The notes under the pieces: model-generated
The model's database searches: none
Told to the model about the DNA's origin: nothing
The model's input: the letters and a program-made list of their open reading frames with translations, nothing else
Program-made: the position numbers and the translations under genes
In this document: one piece after another, positions 27,893 to 32,000 of the stretch
Numbering within the stretch: the first letter of the stretch is position 1
Layout of the letters: every line of letters begins with the position of its first letter
Assembly: GCF_000018785.1 (NCBI RefSeq)
Contig: NC_010163.1
Span: forward strand, 810,001-842,000
Direction: 5' to 3'
Length of the DNA stretch: 32,000 bases
From: Acholeplasma laidlawii PG-8A
GTDB lineage: Bacteria; Bacillota_I; Bacilli_A; Acholeplasmatales; Acholeplasmataceae

Positions 27893-28399
27893 ATGTCAGA
27901 AATTCTATTATCAATGGAGATTGAAGAATTTGGTACTTTAAAGGTAGAACTCTATCCAAATATCGCACCAAACACAGTCTCTAATTTTATGAACTATGTG
28001 AATAAAAACTTCTATGATGGTCTAATTTTCCATCGTATCATCAAAGGTTTTATGATTCAAGGAGGCGCAAATCCTAAAGCTAGAGAAATGCCAATTAAAG
28101 GTGAATTTGCATCTAACGGATTTAAAAATGATTTAAAACATGCGAGAGGTGTTTTATCTATGGCAAGAACAATGGATAAAAACTCTGCAACTTCACAATT
28201 CTTTATAATGCACCAAGATTCACCACACTTAGATGGTCAATATGCATCATTTGGTAAAGTTATTGAAGGGATTGAAATTGTTGATAAAATCGCTTCAGTT
28301 AAAACAGATGGTTATGATCAACCTTTAAAGGATGTCAAGATTAAACATATTACTGTATTAAAAAATGAGGCAAATTTAGAACCTGTAAAATACGTATAA
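27893..28399 (+). CDS. Peptidyl-prolyl cis-trans isomerase, cyclophilin type
   Basis: [22 protein letters not shown]. Confidence 0.9.
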
Positions 28400-28412
28400 A
28401 GAAGGTAAATTT

Positions 28413-29324
28413 ATGAACCAATTCATTGATATTCATCCAAAAGTGTTAGATGCCCTAAGATCAGGTAAGCCTGTTGTTGCGTTAGAATCTACGATTATTG
28501 CACATGGTATGCCTTATCCTAAAAATGTAGAAACGGCACTCAATGTTGAAAAAATAGTTGAACAAAATGGTGCTATACCTGCGACAATTGCGATTATAGA
28601 TGGTCGTATTAAAGTGGGCTTAAATCCAAATGAACTTACATCGTTAGGAAAACTTTCTAATGTACTCAAAGTATCCAAACGCGATATACCTTATTGTGTT
28701 ATTAAAAAATACAGTGGTGCTACTACCGTTTCAGCCACCATCCTTATTGCTGATATGGTAGGTATCAAAGTATTTGCAACAGGTGGTATCGGTGGTGTAC
28801 ATAAGGATGCTGCTGCTACATTTGATATTTCAAGAGATCTTGAAGAAATTTCTGAAAAACAGGTCGCAGTTGTCTCAGCTGGGGCTAAAGCCATACTAGA
28901 CTTAGATCTTACACTAGAATATCTTGAGACCAAGGGTGTTGAAGTAATCGGATATAAAACAAGTGAATTTCCTGCATTCTTTTCAAATGCATCTGGTTTA
29001 AATACTACTTTTCAATTAGATGAGGCAAGTCAAATTGCACAACTCATGTATACAAAATGGAATATGGGTTTAAGTGGTGGTATCGTCGTTGCAAATCCAA
29101 TACCTCAAAATTACGCAATAGATAAAGACAGTTTAGATAAAGCAATTTCAAGTGCTATATTATCAGCTAAAGATAATAAAATTACTGGTAAAGAATTAAC
29201 ACCATACTTGCTTAAAATGCTACATAGTAACAAGGATATAACAAGTCTTGAATCTAATATTGGTCTTATCTACAATAATGCGAAAATTGCAGCATTGATT
29301 GCTGTTGAATTTTCTAAACTTTAG
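28413..29324 (+). CDS. psuG: Pseudouridine-5'-phosphate glycosidase
   Basis: IndA-like family: [33 protein letters not shown]. Confidence 0.88.
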
Positions 29325-29326
29325 GT

Positions 29327-29355
29327 TTGAATTATTACCCACTATGTGATAAAAT
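29327..29355 (+). promoter_or_regulatory. Promoter of the riboswitch-ATPase transcript
   Basis: -35 TTGAAT (29327-29332), 17-nt spacer, -10 TAAAAT (29350-29355). Confidence 0.55.
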
Positions 29356-29361
29356 ATTCAC

Positions 29362-29487
29362 TGAGAAGGGGAGTAGTTCCCAAAAATTAATCGTCAATAC
29401 GGCTAGTATCAGCCCGGTTAATTTTCAAGTAAAACTTGTAAACGAGACCTTCAAGACCAGTTTCTGGTTTTGATGGTCTTTATTTAT
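29362..29487 (+). promoter_or_regulatory. yybP-ykoY (Mn2+) riboswitch with terminator expression platform
   Basis: GAAGGGGAGTAG (GGGGAGTAG at 29368-29376), CGTCAAT (29392-29398), ACGAGACCTTC (29442-29452). P1 is GAAGG/CCTTC. The terminator arms 29446-29460 and 29464-29478 form 13 Watson-Crick pairs, one G-U and one mismatch, followed by TTTATTT. The 5' arm reuses the P1 3' strand. Confidence 0.85.
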
Positions 29488-29505
29488 ATAGAAAGGAAAG
29501 AAAAT

Positions 29506-32000
29506 ATGAAAGAAAAAACCGTATTTCAAATGAATGTTGAAGAGGTGCTTGAAAAGCATCAGACATCATTAAAAGGCTTAAGTTCCGCTGAAGCTAAAAA
29601 AAGATTAGAGGAAAATGGTCCAAATGCACTAGCCGAGGGGAAAAAACGTAGTTTATTTGCTAGACTTTTAGATCAGTTTAAAGATTTCATGGTTATAGTA
29701 CTAATCCTTGCTGCTGTTGTTGCATTCGCTGGTGCTATTATTCAAAATAAACCTGAAGAATTAACAGAAGGTCTGCTTATCATAGCAATCGTTATTATTA
29801 ATGCTATTTTAGGTGTTGCACAAGAATCTAAAGCTGAACAGGCTTTAGAATCTATTAAGAAAATGTCTAACCCACACACGACTGTCTTACGAGATGGTCA
29901 AGAAATCATCATCGATGTAGCTGATGTTGTAGTTGGTGACATTGTTGTATTACATGCAGGTGATTATATCCCAGCAGATATTAGAATTATTGAATCCATC
30001 AACCTAAAAACAGATGAATCTGCATTAACAGGTGAACCAATTCCAGTTGAGAAAAACATTGATTCAATTTCTCAAGATGAGGTTGCATTAGGTGATAGAT
30101 TTAACATCGGTTACATGAGTACAGTTGTCACTTATGGTCGTGGTTTAGCAGTTGTTACATCTACTGGTATGCAAACTGAGATTGGTAAAATTGCTACAAT
30201 GTTATCTACAACCGAAACAGAATTAACACCACTTCAAAAAACTATTTCTAAACTTGGTAAAACACTAGCTATTATTGCTTTATTTGTTGTTACAATCATC
30301 TTTATTATCCAAATATTAAGAGGTTGGTTTACTGTTGGTGTAGAAAATATTGCTTGGATTGAAATATTTATGTCATCCATTGCTTTAGCAGTTGCAGCTA
30401 TCCCAGAAGGTTTACCAGCAATTATTACCATTGTTCTAGCAATCGGTATGCAAAACTTAGTTAAACAACGTGCTATCATGCGTACCCTACCTGCAGTTGA
30501 AACATTAGGTTCTACTTCGATTATTTGTTCTGATAAGACTGGTACATTAACTCAAAACGTCATGACGATTACTGAAACTTATCTATATGATAGTACAACT
30601 AAAGTCACAGACATTGTAAATCCTACTAAAGAACTAAAAATGTTAATTGATTATGGTGTCCTATGTAATGATACTAAAGTTCAATTATCTGATGAAAAAA
30701 AGTATATCAAGATTGGTGATCCAACAGAAATTGCATTAACCGATTTATCTATAGCAACACATGATAACCCAATCAAAGTACTTGAAACATATCCGAGAGT
30801 ACATGAACTTCCATTTGACTCTGAACGTAAGTTAATGACTACTGTCCATGAAATTGATGGTAAATACGTATCTATTACAAAAGGTGCTCCAGATGTTTTA
30901 TTTGCTAAGGCTACTCATGTGAATAACCATGGTTCCATCGAAAAAGTTACACCTGCAATCATTGATACATTTACTCAACAAAATCAAGACTTCGCAGACC
31001 AAGCATTACGTGTATTAGCTATTGCTTATAAAGTATATGAACAAAAACCTGAAGTCTTACAATTAACGCATGATGATTTAGAAAATGATTTAACTATTCT
31101 AGGTTTAGTCGGTATGATTGACCCAGCAAGACCTGAAGTTAAAGATGCAATTATTGAAACTAAAAATGCTGGTATTATAACTATCATGATTACTGGTGAT
31201 CATAAGAATACAGCGGTTGCTATTGCAACTGATCTAGGGATTCTAGAACAAGGTCACTTAGCAATCACAGGTAAAGAACTAGACCGTATGTCTGATGAAG
31301 AATTCCTCGAAAAACTTCCTCAAATTAGAGTATATGCACGTGTTTCTCCTGAAAATAAAGTACGTATCGTTACAGCTTGGAAAACAACAGGTAAGATTGT
31401 TGCCATGACTGGTGACGGTGTCAATGACGCGCCAAGTATCAAACGCGCTGATATTGGTATTGCAATGGGTATTACTGGTACAGAAGTTGCTAAAGGTGCC
31501 GCAGACATGATTTTAACTGATGATAATTTTGCTACTATCGTTTCAGCAGTCAAAGAAGGTCGTACAATTCTTTCCAACATTAAAAAAGCAATTCACTTCT
31601 TACTATCTTGTAACATTGGTGAAATCATTACTATCTTCTTAGGCGTTACAATAGGTATTCTATTATTCCCAAATGAACCACAATTACAAATATTAACAGC
31701 TGCCCAAATCTTATGGGTTAACTTGGTAACTGACTCATTTATGGCGATTGCACTTGGTTTAGAACCTAAAGAACCAGATGTCATGAACCAACCACCAAGA
31801 GATAATTCAAAAGGTGTATTTGCAGATGGATTAGGTAAAAAAGTTGCTTGGCAAGGTGTTTTAATTGGTTTCATCACATTCTTAGCATTCTATATTGGTT
31901 ATTTAATTGGTGATGAAGGCAATAAACTACAACATGCACAAACTATTGGGTTCATGGTCTTAGCAATTTCACAATTATTCCATGCGTTTAATGTTAGAAG
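29506..32000 (+). CDS. P-type ATPase, type IIA (SERCA/PMR1-like Ca2+/Mn2+ transporter); 3' end outside the window
   Basis: Absent from the ORF track because no stop lies in the window. The ATG at 29506 has SD GAAAGGAAAG upstream. Motifs: TGE (ALTGEP), AIPEGLP (TM4), CSDKTGTLT, KGAPD, TGD, GDGVNDAP, ILWVNLVTD (TM6). Confidence 0.92.
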   Translation, partial: MKEKTVFQMNVEEVLEKHQTSLKGLSSAEAKKRLEENGPNALAEGKKRSLFARLLDQFKDFMVIVLILAAVVAFAGAIIQNKPEELTEGLLIIAIVIINAILGVAQESKAEQALESIKKMSNPHTTVLRDGQEIIIDVADVVVGDIVVLHAGDYIPADIRIIESINLKTDESALTGEPIPVEKNIDSISQDEVALGDRFNIGYMSTVVTYGRGLAVVTSTGMQTEIGKIATMLSTTETELTPLQKTISKLGKTLAIIALFVVTIIFIIQILRGWFTVGVENIAWIEIFMSSIALAVAAIPEGLPAIITIVLAIGMQNLVKQRAIMRTLPAVETLGSTSIICSDKTGTLTQNVMTITETYLYDSTTKVTDIVNPTKELKMLIDYGVLCNDTKVQLSDEKKYIKIGDPTEIALTDLSIATHDNPIKVLETYPRVHELPFDSERKLMTTVHEIDGKYVSITKGAPDVLFAKATHVNNHGSIEKVTPAIIDTFTQQNQDFADQALRVLAIAYKVYEQKPEVLQLTHDDLENDLTILGLVGMIDPARPEVKDAIIETKNAGIITIMITGDHKNTAVAIATDLGILEQGHLAITGKELDRMSDEEFLEKLPQIRVYARVSPENKVRIVTAWKTTGKIVAMTGDGVNDAPSIKRADIGIAMGITGTEVAKGAADMILTDDNFATIVSAVKEGRTILSNIKKAIHFLLSCNIGEIITIFLGVTIGILLFPNEPQLQILTAAQILWVNLVTDSFMAIALGLEPKEPDVMNQPPRDNSKGVFADGLGKKVAWQGVLIGFITFLAFYIGYLIGDEGNKLQHAQTIGFMVLAISQLFHAFNVR

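Noticed and set aside
1-32000. CRISPR arrays, rRNA genes, prophage or defence-system gene clusters
   Set aside because: Apart from the arms and iterons at 2975-3072 and 5521-5668, I found no regularly spaced repeat arrays. No cas, restriction, phage-structural or rRNA signatures appear in any frame I read.

Overview
The window is low-GC (about 30% G+C) and uses the standard genetic code: TGA acts as a stop and every Trp codon I checked is TGG. It looks like a Firmicutes/Tenericutes chromosome. The gene content (lower mevalonate pathway, GGDEF protein, lysine operon) is reminiscent of Acholeplasma-like organisms, but I cannot verify that without a search. All family calls rest on motifs read by eye; no BLAST, HMM or Rfam search was run.

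Most of the window is ordinary housekeeping:
- a TetR-regulated ABC-2 exporter (1-2484)
- an L-box-controlled lysA-lysC-asd-dapA-dapB operon (12014-17315)
- a lipoprotein 5'-nucleotidase, a membrane PAS-GGDEF protein, guaC and an acyl-ACP thioesterase
- two unknown membrane proteins
- the lower mevalonate operon mvk-mvaD-pmk-fni (23924-27825)
- a cyclophilin and psuG
- a SERCA-like P-type ATPase that runs off the right edge and is preceded by a clear yybP-ykoY (Mn2+) riboswitch. The ATPase is missing from the ORF track.

Four RNA elements are readable: a Trp T-box, a lysine riboswitch, the Mn2+ riboswitch and a complete tmRNA gene (9750-10104, minus strand).

The accessory part is about 2500-9750. 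It contains:
- a stand-alone T-box-regulated trpB
- decayed remnants of three IS families (IS1182-like, IS256-like, IS3-like)
- an orphan merA that sits behind a cop-type promoter/operator and a short HMA ORF
- an IS3-family copy inserted between ssrA and what looks like its own terminator.

The least explained structure is a pair of roughly 100-150 bp inverted arms. They share a 26-bp perfect core that includes a 14-bp palindrome, and they carry 20-bp-phased TTAGCACCC repeats. The arms bracket the trpB segment. I see no CRISPR array, tRNA or rRNA gene, and no recognisable multi-gene defence or secretion system.
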